DNA of 64,000 nucleotides from an uncultured Myxococcales bacterium (GTDB lineage: Bacteria > Myxococcota_A > Bradymonadia > UBA4248). Positions 1 through 9,751 of this stretch are shown here, piece after piece. The notes below the pieces were generated by a model. That model had not been told where the DNA came from and searched no databases. It saw nothing but the letters and a program-made list of their open reading frames with translations. The stretch is from contig CAYVQF010000030.1 of NCBI GenBank assembly GCA_964454015.1, forward strand, positions 420-64,419. Reading direction: 5' to 3'. The position numbers were made by a program, and so were the translations under genes. Numbering within the stretch: position 1 is the stretch's first letter; each line of letters opens with the position of its first letter.

Positions 1-1
1 C

Positions 2-2302
2 ACCTTTTTCGACGTCGATGGCGCACGCCCGAGCGCAGACGACACGCAGGATGACAACGCCGAGGGCGATGTCGAAGAGGTCGACTTGGCGCTCTGTGAG
101 GGTTTCTCTTGCACGGACTTTCCCGCGGCCGCTGCCATCTGTTGCGTTGTCGATGGCAGCCCGCTCTGCGTTGATGCCGACAACGACACCAACCACTGCG
201 GCGGTTGCGGGGTGCGCTGCGGCGTGGGTGAAGCCTGCATGGGTGGACAATGCCACTGCGGCGATAGCGTGGCCGACGGGCCTTTCTGCGCGGCCGGAAC
301 CTACTGTTGTGGCAGCACCTGCGTCGCCGATGGGCAGCCCTGTGTCTGTGCCGGCCAGGTCTGTGGCGAGGATGAGACCTGCTGCTTCGACGCCTGCGTC
401 GACCTCCAAACCAACAGCGATACCTGCGGCGACTGCTACACCTCTTGCGGCATGGACGCCGACTGTGTCGCCGGGGAGTGCCGTTGTCGCGAGGCGGGTA
501 AGACTTTTTGTTTCGGGGCTTGTGTCGATACCAGCAGCGACCCCGACTACTGTGGCGACTGCGACGTGAGCTGTAACGCCTTCCAGACCGAGGAAGTGAG
601 CTGCAATGCAGGCCAGTGTGAGCTCACCTGCGTCGATGGCTGGGCGAACTGTGATCAGAACCCCAGCAGCGGTTGTGAGACCAACTTGGCCACCGACACC
701 AGCCACTGCGGCGGCTGTGGCAACTTCTGTGGCACGGAGAACGTCACATCTTCCTCCTGTGTCAACGCAACCTGCCAGTTGAGTTGTGGCAGCGGTGGGA
801 TGCCGCCGCTGACGGCGTCCTATGGTGACTGCGATGGCAACCCTCGCAATGGCTGTGAGACCTTGTTGAACACGGTGAGCCATTGTGGTGCTTGCCATGC
901 CTCTTGTCCCACGGGCGCCCAGTGTTGCCCAGGCGGCGAGTGTCGTTGCGGCAGCGCCGTGGACATGTGCACGGGTGAGATTTGCCCAGGCCAAGGCGCC
1001 TTTCACAGCGCGGCGAGCTGTAGCGGGATGACCTGCGCGTTGACCTGCGCCCCGGGCCGCGCCAACTGTGACGGCGACGTCGGCAATAGCTGCGAGACCA
1101 ACACCCTCACGGATCCCAACAACTGTGGCGCTTGTCATCAGGCTTGTGGCACGGGCGGTGTCTGCGCCAATGGGCAATGCGACGAGGTGGTCAAGGTGGT
1201 GGCGGGCGGCTCACATAGCTGTCTGTTGCGGGCCAGCGGCAAGATCCTGTGCTGGGGCCGCAATCACCTGTATCAGCTCGGTGACGGCACCAACGTCTCG
1301 CGCAACCAACCCGTCATCGCGCGGATTGATGGTGGCACCACTTACAACGCCATCGATGTCGCAGTTGGCCTGAATCACACCTGCGCCGTCCTCGATGATG
1401 CTTCGGTCTGGTGTTGGGGCGGTAACACCGCAGGAGAGAGCAGCCCTGGTGCTGCGACCCAGCCCGTGACACCGGCTCGCAAGATCACCGCCGCCGGGGT
1501 CAACTTCACGGGGATCGTGGCGGGCTTGGCTCACACCTGTGGCTTGACCGACGGCGGCGCGGTGCGCTGCTGGGGCAAGAACGAGAAAGGGCAGCTCGGT
1601 TCGGGGAACTTCTCGCCCATGACTACCCTGAGCACGGTGACGTCCTTGGAGGGCCCTGCAGTGGCCATCGTGGCCGGTGCGGAGCACACCTGTGCCAAGG
1701 TCGGCACGGATCCTTATTATTTCTCCTGCTGGGGCTCGAACAGCCACGGTCAGTGTGCCGAAGACCCCAGCGTCCAAGACGCATTCCCATCGGGCCGGAC
1801 CATCTTCGAGGAGGTCAGCCTCATCGCAGCAGGGCGCAACCACACCTGCGCCGTCTTCTCGTTGGGCTTCTACTGCTGGGGCGACAACCAACGCGGCCAG
1901 CTCGGGACCAATGATGTCCAAGCCCTCTACGCTCCGGGCACACCGGTCCACAACTGGACCAGTGACACGACGGTGCTCACGGCTGGCGGGGATGCGACCT
2001 GCGCCGCCGACGGCTTTGGCAAAGCCTTCTGCTGGGGTGACAACTTCGGTGGGCAGCTCGGCATCGGCACTTCAGGCACGGGCACGCACCAAAGCACGCC
2101 GACGGCAGTGCTGCCAGGCGTCGGGACGCCCATGGTCACGGTCGATCGCTTGAGCCTTGGCGCGTCGCACACCTGCGCCCGCGAAGGAAGCAACAAGAAG
2201 ATCTTCTGCTGGGGCGATGCCACTGACGGACGCCTCGGCACGGGTACGACTGGCACTGCGCCAGTGACCTCCCCCCGGGAAGTGGTCAACGTCGTCCCCT
2301 GA
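2..2302 (+). CDS. Cys-rich repeat protein with C-terminal RCC1/BLIP-II-like beta-propeller (5'-truncated by window)
   Basis: Frame is open from base 2. Repeated D-x-x-(H/N)-CG-x-CG-x-x-C and CDG...GCETN units, then about 7 RCC1-type repeats (AGxxHTC...CWGxNxxGQLG). Confidence 0.85.
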   Translation, partial: TFFDVDGARPSADDTQDDNAEGDVEEVDLALCEGFSCTDFPAAAAICCVVDGSPLCVDADNDTNHCGGCGVRCGVGEACMGGQCHCGDSVADGPFCAAGTYCCGSTCVADGQPCVCAGQVCGEDETCCFDACVDLQTNSDTCGDCYTSCGMDADCVAGECRCREAGKTFCFGACVDTSSDPDYCGDCDVSCNAFQTEEVSCNAGQCELTCVDGWANCDQNPSSGCETNLATDTSHCGGCGNFCGTENVTSSSCVNATCQLSCGSGGMPPLTASYGDCDGNPRNGCETLLNTVSHCGACHASCPTGAQCCPGGECRCGSAVDMCTGEICPGQGAFHSAASCSGMTCALTCAPGRANCDGDVGNSCETNTLTDPNNCGACHQACGTGGVCANGQCDEVVKVVAGGSHSCLLRASGKILCWGRNHLYQLGDGTNVSRNQPVIARIDGGTTYNAIDVAVGLNHTCAVLDDASVWCWGGNTAGESSPGAATQPVTPARKITAAGVNFTGIVAGLAHTCGLTDGGAVRCWGKNEKGQLGSGNFSPMTTLSTVTSLEGPAVAIVAGAEHTCAKVGTDPYYFSCWGSNSHGQCAEDPSVQDAFPSGRTIFEEVSLIAAGRNHTCAVFSLGFYCWGDNQRGQLGTNDVQALYAPGTPVHNWTSDTTVLTAGGDATCAADGFGKAFCWGDNFGGQLGIGTSGTGTHQSTPTAVLPGVGTPMVTVDRLSLGASHTCAREGSNKKIFCWGDATDGRLGTGTTGTAPVTSPREVVNVVP

Positions 2303-2451
2303 GCCCGTGCGCTCGCGTCTCTGCCCTGCGCCGCGAGAGCGCGCCGCGCCGCCCTCGAGATGGGCGTGGCATTGCAACGAAGTGGTCGGTTCTGACGGGA
2401 TCTTCGTTGACGCCCACCCACCTTCTCGCTATCACAAGAGCCAGCGTCGAC

Positions 2452-2467
2452 TGGCGCACGATGTGCT
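2452..2467 (+). promoter_or_regulatory. Putative sigma-54 promoter
   Basis: TGGCGC-ACGAT-GTGCT gives GG(-24)/GC(-12) at canonical spacing, about 50 bp before the 2519 ATG. Confidence 0.4.
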
Positions 2468-2502
2468 GCCCTACCCCCGACATAGGGGTGGCGCATCTTT
2501 TT
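2460..2502 (+). terminator. Hairpin followed by T-tract (intrinsic terminator-like)
   Basis: CTACCCC/GGGGTGG stem, outer GATGTG/CGCATC pairing, then TTTTTT. Confidence 0.4.
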
Positions 2503-2518
2503 TAGACGAGGAAGGGCA

Positions 2519-4567
2519 ATGAAAAAGTTCTCCATGTTTCTGGTTCTTGGCGGTGCTCTCTTTGCCCTGGCAAGCTGTGACGATGCCAGCCCGCGAAGCG
2601 GGGATGTGATTCACCTCAACGACGTCATCGACGACACTGGCCCCACGACATGTCAGGTCGATTGTGACTGTCCGCAAGGGCAGGTCTGTGCTTCTGATGG
2701 TACATGTAAGGCGGTCCTCGATCCCATCTACTGCTGCGACAAGGCCGGTTGCCCCCAAGGAGAGCGCTGCGTCAGCCGCTCAGGGGCGGTGTCCATCTGC
2801 GCGGCTTGCGTGGTCGACTGCGATTGCCCCCAGGGGCAGGCTTGTGCCCTGAGCCAGTGTGTCGAAATGCAGAGTCCCGTCTTTTGCTGCGCGAAGCCCG
2901 GCTGCCCGGCCAACCAGACATGCTCCGATCTGGAAGGTTTGCCCGGCACCTGCCCGCGGGAGTGCCAGATCGACTGCGATTGCCCTCAGGGAGAGATGTG
3001 CTCCGTCTCGGGCATCTGTGTTCAAGGGGTCGACCCGGTCTACTGCTGTGACAAGCCGGCGTGCCCCATCGGAGAAGCTTGCACCAACATCGCTGGCGCC
3101 ACTGACACCTGCCGCGAATGTCGCAACGACTGCGAGTGCGCCCAGGGCTCCTTCTGCTCTTCGAGCGGCCTGTGTATGCGCGGCGTAGATCCGGTTTACT
3201 GCTGCAGCAAAGAGGGATGCCCCGGAGGCGAGCCCTGTGTCACCCCTGGTGGGCAGAACTCCTTCTGCGAAGGGGGCTGTGGCAACGGCGTCATCGACGA
3301 CGGTGAGCTCTGTGATGGCAACTGTCCCACGGACTGCCACTCCGATGTGGCCTGCATCACGGGCACCCTCACGGGCAGCGCGGCGACTTGCGATGCCAAA
3401 TGCGAGTGGACCTATATCACCCGCTGCGTCAACGACGACGGTTGCTGCCCCGCGGACTGCACCGCTGCCAACGACAACGACTGCCCCGCGACCTGTGGGA
3501 ACGGCCAGCTCGATCCAGGCGAGACCTGTGACGGCGACTGCCCCACGGTGTGCAACGACAATGACCCCTGCACGGAGAACCTCTTGATTGGCGCTGCCGA
3601 CAACTGCACGGCCGAGTGTGTTTTCCGCCCCATCACCCAGTGTCAACACGGCGATGGCTGCTGCCCAACGCACTGTGACTACACCAATGACAATGACTGC
3701 AGCTCCCCGAGCGGCCTCATCGGTTCCGCTTGTCGCAACGACAACGATTGTTTGGGCAACCTGTGTCTGGCCGGCTGGAGCCCCTCGGGTTACTGCTCCA
3801 AAGACTGTTACAACAACGCCGATTGTGGCGCTGGCGCCCATTGCGCCTTCAACAGCACTGGCGCGGGGATCTGCCTCAAGAGCTGCGACGCCAACCCAGA
3901 GTGCCGGGCCCCTGAGTATGGGTGCTACAACCGCGACGGTGATGCCAATAACTATCAAGAATGCGGACCCTTAGGCATCGGAACCAAGATGATAGGTGAC
4001 CCTTGCAACTTCATCACCGAGTGTCCTGGTGGTCAGCGCGCGTTGTGCCTGTGGGAGACACTGGGCTACCGCCACGGTTACTGTTCCATGACCTGTCGCA
4101 ACAACGCCGAGTGCCTGCCTGGTAGCCACTGCGGCAACATGGTCAACGGTGTTGGTAACTGTGTGCGTGACTGCGCAACCCAAGCCGCCTGCCGCGCCGA
4201 CGGCTACCTCTGCTTCGACGCCGACAAGGACAACTTACTCGAATGCGCGCCCGCCGCCACGGGTACGGGCGCGGTGGGTGCCGCCTGCCGGGGTGACTGG
4301 GAATGCGCTGGCGGCGTCGATGGCTTCTGTGCCCGAGACAGCAACATGCCCGGCGGCTATTGCTCTCAGCATTGCCTCCCCTTTCTCGGCCCTAATTGTC
4401 CTGACGGATCCCATTGTACGAGTGCGGGCTTCAGCAGAGCGTCATTGGGTCTCGCCTGTGTCGACACCTGCACCGCCACCTCCCAGTGCCGCGTCTCTGA
4501 AGGCTACATCTGCACGGACGCCATCAGCGAGTACCTCATCGCCATGAACGAGTGCTGGCCCCAATGA
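2519..4567 (+). CDS. Cys-rich lipoprotein with myxococcal CGNG..D.GE.CD repeats
   Basis: Signal peptide with lipobox LAS-C. Four C-x-x-DCxCxQG...PV(Y/F)CC-x-K-x-x-CP repeats, plus CGNGVIDDGELCD and CGNGQLDPGETCD. Confidence 0.85.
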   Translation: MKKFSMFLVLGGALFALASCDDASPRSGDVIHLNDVIDDTGPTTCQVDCDCPQGQVCASDGTCKAVLDPIYCCDKAGCPQGERCVSRSGAVSICAACVVDCDCPQGQACALSQCVEMQSPVFCCAKPGCPANQTCSDLEGLPGTCPRECQIDCDCPQGEMCSVSGICVQGVDPVYCCDKPACPIGEACTNIAGATDTCRECRNDCECAQGSFCSSSGLCMRGVDPVYCCSKEGCPGGEPCVTPGGQNSFCEGGCGNGVIDDGELCDGNCPTDCHSDVACITGTLTGSAATCDAKCEWTYITRCVNDDGCCPADCTAANDNDCPATCGNGQLDPGETCDGDCPTVCNDNDPCTENLLIGAADNCTAECVFRPITQCQHGDGCCPTHCDYTNDNDCSSPSGLIGSACRNDNDCLGNLCLAGWSPSGYCSKDCYNNADCGAGAHCAFNSTGAGICLKSCDANPECRAPEYGCYNRDGDANNYQECGPLGIGTKMIGDPCNFITECPGGQRALCLWETLGYRHGYCSMTCRNNAECLPGSHCGNMVNGVGNCVRDCATQAACRADGYLCFDADKDNLLECAPAATGTGAVGAACRGDWECAGGVDGFCARDSNMPGGYCSQHCLPFLGPNCPDGSHCTSAGFSRASLGLACVDTCTATSQCRVSEGYICTDAISEYLIAMNECWPQ

Positions 4568-4577
4568 CGAGGTCCCG

Positions 4578-5645
4578 GTGAAGAACCTGCGTGAGCCTCT
4601 CATTTTTGGAGCGGTCATCGTCGTCTTGGCCATCGTCGCAGCCATCTCGCTGTGGAAGCGCCCTGATGCCTCGTTCCAGGTTTTGGAGCACCGGCCCCAG
4701 GCGGTCATGGGCACGGCGACCCGTCTTTTGGTGGTGCCACCTCCAGGGGACGTGCCCCGCGGCGAAGCCACCTTGAGCTCGGCCGAGCGAGAGCTGCGCC
4801 GCGTCGAAGCCCTCATGAGTGTGCGCTTGGACATCTCGGAGATTTCTCGCCTCAACCAAGCGGCGGCGGGTGACTTCGTCCCCTTGTCGACGGACAGCGT
4901 CGCCGTTTTGATGGCAGCGCGCCAGGCGCATGATGCCACCCACGGCGCCTTCGACGTCACCCTGGGCCCTCTCATCAAGCTGTGGCGAGAAGGCGCGGTG
5001 AATGGCGTCGAGCCGGCGGCGGAGCGCTTGCAAGCGGCGCGGGACAGCTCGAAGTGGAGCTTGCTCCAGATCCGCGACGACGGCGCCGTCAAAGCAGGCG
5101 ATGGCCTGCAGGTGGACCTCGGGGGGATCGCCAAAGGTTACGCCATCGACCGCGGCATCGCCGCCATGCGCAACCTGGGCATGCGCGGCGGCGTGGTCGA
5201 TGTCGGGGGAGACGTGCGCGCCTTCGGCACCTTTGACGGCGAACGGGGATGGCCCGTGGATATCCTCGACCCCTTTTCGCCAGATGGCCGCCTCGGCCGC
5301 TTCAGCCTGCGCGACAAGGCCGTCTGCACCAGCGGCGACTATGCCCGCACCATCAAGATCCGCGGCGCCAAGTTCAGCCACATCATCGATCCACGCTCCC
5401 TGCGCCCAGCGGCCTTCGTGCCCTCGGTCTCGGTCATCGCCGACACCGCCATGGAGGCCGACGCCTGGGCCACGGCCATGTCCGTCTTGGGACCGGAAGA
5501 GGGCTTCGCCTTGCTGCCACCGGAGCTGGACGCCCTCATGGTGGTGGGCACGGAAGGGGACTATCGCGTCCTGGCGACGGAGGGCTTCGCCCGCTACCTC
5601 ACGGAACGCCCCGCCCACTTGGAGGTGATCGAGCGTGCGCCCTGA
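4578..5645 (+). CDS. apbE: FAD:protein FMN transferase
   Basis: MGT, SEISRLN, GAFDVTLGPL, DLGGIAKGYAID, TSGDY, HIIDPR and ADAWATA motifs; N-terminal TM segment. Confidence 0.93.
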   Translation: MKNLREPLIFGAVIVVLAIVAAISLWKRPDASFQVLEHRPQAVMGTATRLLVVPPPGDVPRGEATLSSAERELRRVEALMSVRLDISEISRLNQAAAGDFVPLSTDSVAVLMAARQAHDATHGAFDVTLGPLIKLWREGAVNGVEPAAERLQAARDSSKWSLLQIRDDGAVKAGDGLQVDLGGIAKGYAIDRGIAAMRNLGMRGGVVDVGGDVRAFGTFDGERGWPVDILDPFSPDGRLGRFSLRDKAVCTSGDYARTIKIRGAKFSHIIDPRSLRPAAFVPSVSVIADTAMEADAWATAMSVLGPEEGFALLPPELDALMVVGTEGDYRVLATEGFARYLTERPAHLEVIERAP

Positions 5646-5669
5646 CTCCGTCTCAGTTGGCATGCGCCC

Positions 5670-6230
5670 ATGAGCTTCCTCGCCGTCTTGGGTATCGCCG
5701 TAGCCTTGTCGGTGGACGCCTTCGCCGTGGCCGTCACCGCCGGGGTGAGCATGCGCGTGGTGTCGCCCCGTTCCTTGGTGCGACTCTCGTGGCATTTTGG
5801 TTTCTTCCAGGCCCTCATGCCGGTGCTGGGGTGGCTGGCTGGGGCCACGGTGCACGGCTGGCTACAGGGGGTCAACCACTGGCTGGCCTTCATCCTGCTC
5901 GTTGCCATCGGCTTGAAAATGCTCTGGGAGTCGCGGGCCGCGGCGGCAGAGACCACCCGTCACGACCCTAGCCGTGGCTGGAGCCTCATCGCCCTGTCGG
6001 TCGCCACCAGCATCGACGCCTTCGCCGTGGGTTTGAGCTTCGCCCTCTTGAGCATCCCCATTTGGTGGCCCGCCCTGCTCATCGGCGTGGTGACCATGGC
6101 CCTGACGGCCCTCGGCATGATCATTGGCCACCGCCTGGGCCGGGGATGTGGCCCCTGGCTCGAGAGAGTCGGCGCATTCGTTCTCATCGGGATTGGCGTC
6201 AAGATCATCCTAGATTATTGGTATGGGTAA
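5670..6230 (+). CDS. mntP: Manganese efflux pump MntP
   Basis: ALSVDAFAV and ATSIDAFAVG repeats, FGFFQALMP; hydrophobic 186 aa. Confidence 0.9.
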   Translation: MSFLAVLGIAVALSVDAFAVAVTAGVSMRVVSPRSLVRLSWHFGFFQALMPVLGWLAGATVHGWLQGVNHWLAFILLVAIGLKMLWESRAAAAETTRHDPSRGWSLIALSVATSIDAFAVGLSFALLSIPIWWPALLIGVVTMALTALGMIIGHRLGRGCGPWLERVGAFVLIGIGVKIILDYWYG

Positions 6231-6281
6231 CGACGGCACGCGCCCATGGGCGATGCGTGGCCCCCAGCTTTGGGCGACACC

Positions 6282-7100
6282 ATGAGCGAAGACGAGTTCT
6301 TTTTCTTCATTTTCATCCTGATCGGGGCCGTGTTGTTCTGGTGGATTTGGTACGCCTCGATCCGCCAGATTTCGCGGCTCATCTTCCACCCCGTCAACCA
6401 AGCCATCCTCAAGGTGACGCCCGCGGTGGCGGCCGTGGGCTTGGCCCTGGTGCTTTTTTTTGGCGCAGCTCACGACGTCAGAGATTCCGTCTTTTACCTC
6501 CTCTTCTATTTCATCATGGGAATGATGTGGCTGGGGATCGGGCCGTGGCTCATGCGCTTTTTGGGCGTGCTCTGGCTCGATGACAGCTTGGAAAAACGCA
6601 ACCCTGGCGCCGCCTTGATCGTCGCCGCCGGGATGCTCGCCATGATGGCCATTTTCGCCGGTGCCAACATCGGCGATGGCCCCGGCTGGTGGGTTGTGCT
6701 CATCGCTGCCCTCATCGGAGCGGTGCCCTGGTTGCTGTTGGCGGTGGCGTTGCAAGTGCTCTTCCACCTTGGGCACCGCGTCACGGTAGATCGCGATTTC
6801 ACCTTAGGGCTACGCTTTGGCGCTTACCTCGTGGCCACGGGTCTCATCTGCGCTTACGGCGCCGCTGGCGACTACACCGACGCCTGGACCACCGTGCTGG
6901 AGTTCAGTGGGGCCTGGCCCGTGCTGCTCCTAGGGGTGCACTTCGCGTCGGTGGAGACCATCGTTTTGGCGCGCCGCAAGAAGGCACGCGTCGCCATCCC
7001 TGCGCGGCGCGCACTGGCCCTCTCGGTAGCGCTCGCCGTCGCCTACCTCGTCTTCGCCGTCGTCGTGATCGTCATGGCGCCGGCACCGGTATTCGTCTGA
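6282..7100 (+). CDS. Multi-pass membrane protein, DUF350-like
   Basis: About 8 TM segments; DDSLEKRNPGAA resembles the DUF350 'E-x-x-N-x-A-x-A' motif; sits next to a GspS-like gene. Start could be 6246. Confidence 0.6.
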   Translation: MSEDEFFFFIFILIGAVLFWWIWYASIRQISRLIFHPVNQAILKVTPAVAAVGLALVLFFGAAHDVRDSVFYLLFYFIMGMMWLGIGPWLMRFLGVLWLDDSLEKRNPGAALIVAAGMLAMMAIFAGANIGDGPGWWVVLIAALIGAVPWLLLAVALQVLFHLGHRVTVDRDFTLGLRFGAYLVATGLICAYGAAGDYTDAWTTVLEFSGAWPVLLLGVHFASVETIVLARRKKARVAIPARRALALSVALAVAYLVFAVVVIVMAPAPVFV

Positions 7101-7101
7101 C

Positions 7102-8379
7102 ATGGACCACCCCACGCCACCTGCCCTTCGTCTGGTGCCCATCCCGCCCGAGTCCTATCGGCGCTATCGCCGCGAGGTCATCCTGCAGGGCTGTAAGTGG
7201 GATCCACAGGTGGGTGACACCAACACCATCGCCGATCACGTGGTGATCCTGGCGCGGGAGGAGGCGCAGCGCCTGTGTCAGTGGGCCGAGGCGCTGGCCG
7301 CGGAGTGCGACGCCCTACACGCCGCGCTCATTCGCCGCCCAGATCTCTTCACCGCCCTCGCCTTGGCACCGGCTCTGGGCCGCGCCATCCGGCACCAGGC
7401 GGCCTGCAGACTCAGTCCCCACGCGGTGCGCTTGCTGCGTTTTGATTTCCACCCGACCACGGCCGCGGGCGGCCGCGCGTGGGCGCTCTCGGAGGTCAAC
7501 GCCGATGTCCCCGGTGGCTTCGCCGAGGCGTCTTGGTTGCCGCGGGCCGCCGCCCAGCGGGTCCCGGCGGGCGCCGCCTGGGGCGACGTCGGTGGCGAGC
7601 TCAGCCGCGCCCTGGTGCAGCACCTGCGGCCCGGTGCCCATATCGCCATGGTGCACGCCACCTCCTATGCCGATGACCGCCAGGTGATGCACTACCTCGC
7701 GGGGCGCCTCGCCGAGGAGGGCTGCAGCACGGACTTGCTGGCCCCTGATCACCTCCGCTGGCGGCCGTGGGGGGCCCAGAGCCACCTCGACGGGCGCAGC
7801 TTTGACGCCGTGGTGCGTTTCTTCCCGGCGGAGTGGCTCCCGCGCCTGCCGCGCCGGAGCGCATGGCCAGACTTTTTCAGCCCAAAGCTCCCGGCGGCCA
7901 ACCACGCCACGGCGGTCCTGCTCCAGTCCAAACGCCTGCCCCTGCTGTGGGATGCCTTGGGGGTCGCCGTGCCGACCTGGCGCGCCCTCCTGCCTGCGAC
8001 CTGTGATCCCGCCCAGCTACCTGAGCGCGGCCGAGACCCAGGCTGGCTCCTCAAGCCGACCTGGGGCCGCGTCGGACAAGACATCACCCTTCCTGGCACC
8101 TTCAGCCACGGCGACGCTCGCCGTATTCGCTGGCACCAGCGCCTCTTTCCCCGCGCCTGGGTCGCCCAACGCGCCTTCGTGAGTCGGGCGCTGTCTTTGG
8201 CCAACGGCCACAAGGTCCACCTCTGCGTGGGCGTCTTCACCGTCAATGGGCGGGCAGCGGGCTTCTTCGGGCGCCTCTCTCGCTTTCCACGTATCGATGA
8301 GCGTGCGCAAGACGTCCCGGTCTTGGTGGACGCGGCGTCGCTTCCCCCCTCTTCACTCCCTCGCGGCACGGGTTCTTGA
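7102..8379 (+). CDS. Glutathionylspermidine synthase-like ATP-grasp ligase
   Basis: RFDFH, LSEVNADVPGG (EFNADTP-like) and LKPTWGRVGQDI (KP..GREG-like) motifs; no amidase domain. Confidence 0.8.
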   Translation: MDHPTPPALRLVPIPPESYRRYRREVILQGCKWDPQVGDTNTIADHVVILAREEAQRLCQWAEALAAECDALHAALIRRPDLFTALALAPALGRAIRHQAACRLSPHAVRLLRFDFHPTTAAGGRAWALSEVNADVPGGFAEASWLPRAAAQRVPAGAAWGDVGGELSRALVQHLRPGAHIAMVHATSYADDRQVMHYLAGRLAEEGCSTDLLAPDHLRWRPWGAQSHLDGRSFDAVVRFFPAEWLPRLPRRSAWPDFFSPKLPAANHATAVLLQSKRLPLLWDALGVAVPTWRALLPATCDPAQLPERGRDPGWLLKPTWGRVGQDITLPGTFSHGDARRIRWHQRLFPRAWVAQRAFVSRALSLANGHKVHLCVGVFTVNGRAAGFFGRLSRFPRIDERAQDVPVLVDAASLPPSSLPRGTGS

Positions 8380-8380
8380 C

Positions 8381-9631
8381 ATGTCTGCCAACACGCTACC
8401 GGAAACGCTGCAGGCGCTGCCTCATGCGGAGCAGGGCTTCTATCACACCGCCGATGGTCAATGGCAGTTGCGCTGGGAAGCCCCAGAAGGCTTCGGCGTG
8501 AGCTATGGGGGGGCGTCGCTGGCAGCAGAAGACCTGGCCTTGCAGCTCTCACAGTGGGCAGCGCCCGACACCCGGCGTGGGCTCGGCAAGCTTCTGAGTG
8601 AGGCGCCCCTGCTACAGTTGCACGTGGAGCTGCGGGTGCGCGAAGGCACCCATCGCGGTGCCCGCCTCGCCGTTTGGGCGCCGCTGCCCCTGGGAATCGA
8701 TGGCAGTGGCTTGGCCCCCTTGCGGGGGCAAGGGGAGGAGCGCCCGCTGGCGGAGGTCCTGGGCTGGGTGCAAGCGGCGCTGCGGCACGAGGTGTCCCTG
8801 GTGCGGGTCGAGATCGAGGCGCTCCAGCGTGCGCGTGAGCCGCGGACGCGTTACGACAAGGCGGACATGTACGCCGTGTGGGCGCCAGACACCTCGCCGT
8901 GGTCGCTGTGGGCCAAGCCGGTGCTCTTCGAGGCCCTGTCGCGCATCTTCACGGTCGACGCGCCCACAGACGATACGACAGATTTTTCGAAGATCGAGCG
9001 GGCCTTGCGGCACGAGGGCGACGGCGAGCTGCCCAGTGATTGCGCGCTCATCATCGATTGGCGGGGCGACGTGGCCGTGTGGCTCGGGGTCGCCCTGGCA
9101 CGTTGGGGTTGGCAACCGGTCCCGCTGTACAACGGCGTGCCGGGATCCTCCTCGGGTGGGCAGCCCATGGTCGACGCGCGGGAGATCGCCGATGCGCTGC
9201 GCGCGGCGACGCCGCTCCTGGATCGCATCGTCATCCCTCCGGGCGCGCCGCCAGCCTTTCTCATCGACGCGGCTCGCAACGCCCAGGGAGCGCGCCCCCA
9301 GCCCAAGCGCTTTGACAACCGCTGGTTCGTTTTGGCCCAGGACATGCCCTCGGCAGATCGCCTGCGCCTGGCGGGCATTCGTAATGTGATGTTGATATCG
9401 GACCGCATGGTCAATGACGTCCAACACATCCTCTACGCCTATCAGGAGGGGGGTCTGCTGGTGACGCTGCTGCGGGCGCAGGACGAGGTGGCGCAGGCGC
9501 TCCATGTGAAGAAGCCGCAGCGCTTTGGATCGATCTTTTACCGTCTTGGGGTGATCGCTGGTCTGCGACGCAACGCGGCGGGCGGCTTTGGCGCCGTGGT
9601 TCCAGAACCCAGCCAATCGAGTGGCTCATGA
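8381..9631 (+). CDS. Hypothetical protein, coupled to GspS-like gene
   Basis: ATG 1 nt after the upstream stop. Motif-like segments WAP...WSLWAKPVLF, PVPLYNG, FDNRW and QDMPS; C-terminal GGFG...SQSSGS tail. Confidence 0.75.
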   Translation: MSANTLPETLQALPHAEQGFYHTADGQWQLRWEAPEGFGVSYGGASLAAEDLALQLSQWAAPDTRRGLGKLLSEAPLLQLHVELRVREGTHRGARLAVWAPLPLGIDGSGLAPLRGQGEERPLAEVLGWVQAALRHEVSLVRVEIEALQRAREPRTRYDKADMYAVWAPDTSPWSLWAKPVLFEALSRIFTVDAPTDDTTDFSKIERALRHEGDGELPSDCALIIDWRGDVAVWLGVALARWGWQPVPLYNGVPGSSSGGQPMVDAREIADALRAATPLLDRIVIPPGAPPAFLIDAARNAQGARPQPKRFDNRWFVLAQDMPSADRLRLAGIRNVMLISDRMVNDVQHILYAYQEGGLLVTLLRAQDEVAQALHVKKPQRFGSIFYRLGVIAGLRRNAAGGFGAVVPEPSQSSGS

Positions 9632-9751
9632 GGCATGGTCGCGGCGGTTTTGGCGTCGCGAAGTGCTGGGACGTTGGCCTGATGGGCGCCATGTGTTAAG
9701 TGCGCAGGGCGTCACAGGCGCGGGCGTTGTTTTCTTTTGCATAGGCGGATC

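Noticed and set aside
4578-5645. Local flavinylation substrate for ApbE
   Set aside because: No convincing D-x-x-(S/T)GA(S/T) motif seen in neighbouring exported proteins.
5645-5670. yybP-ykoY Mn riboswitch before mntP
   Set aside because: Only 24 bp separate apbE and mntP, too short to hold one.
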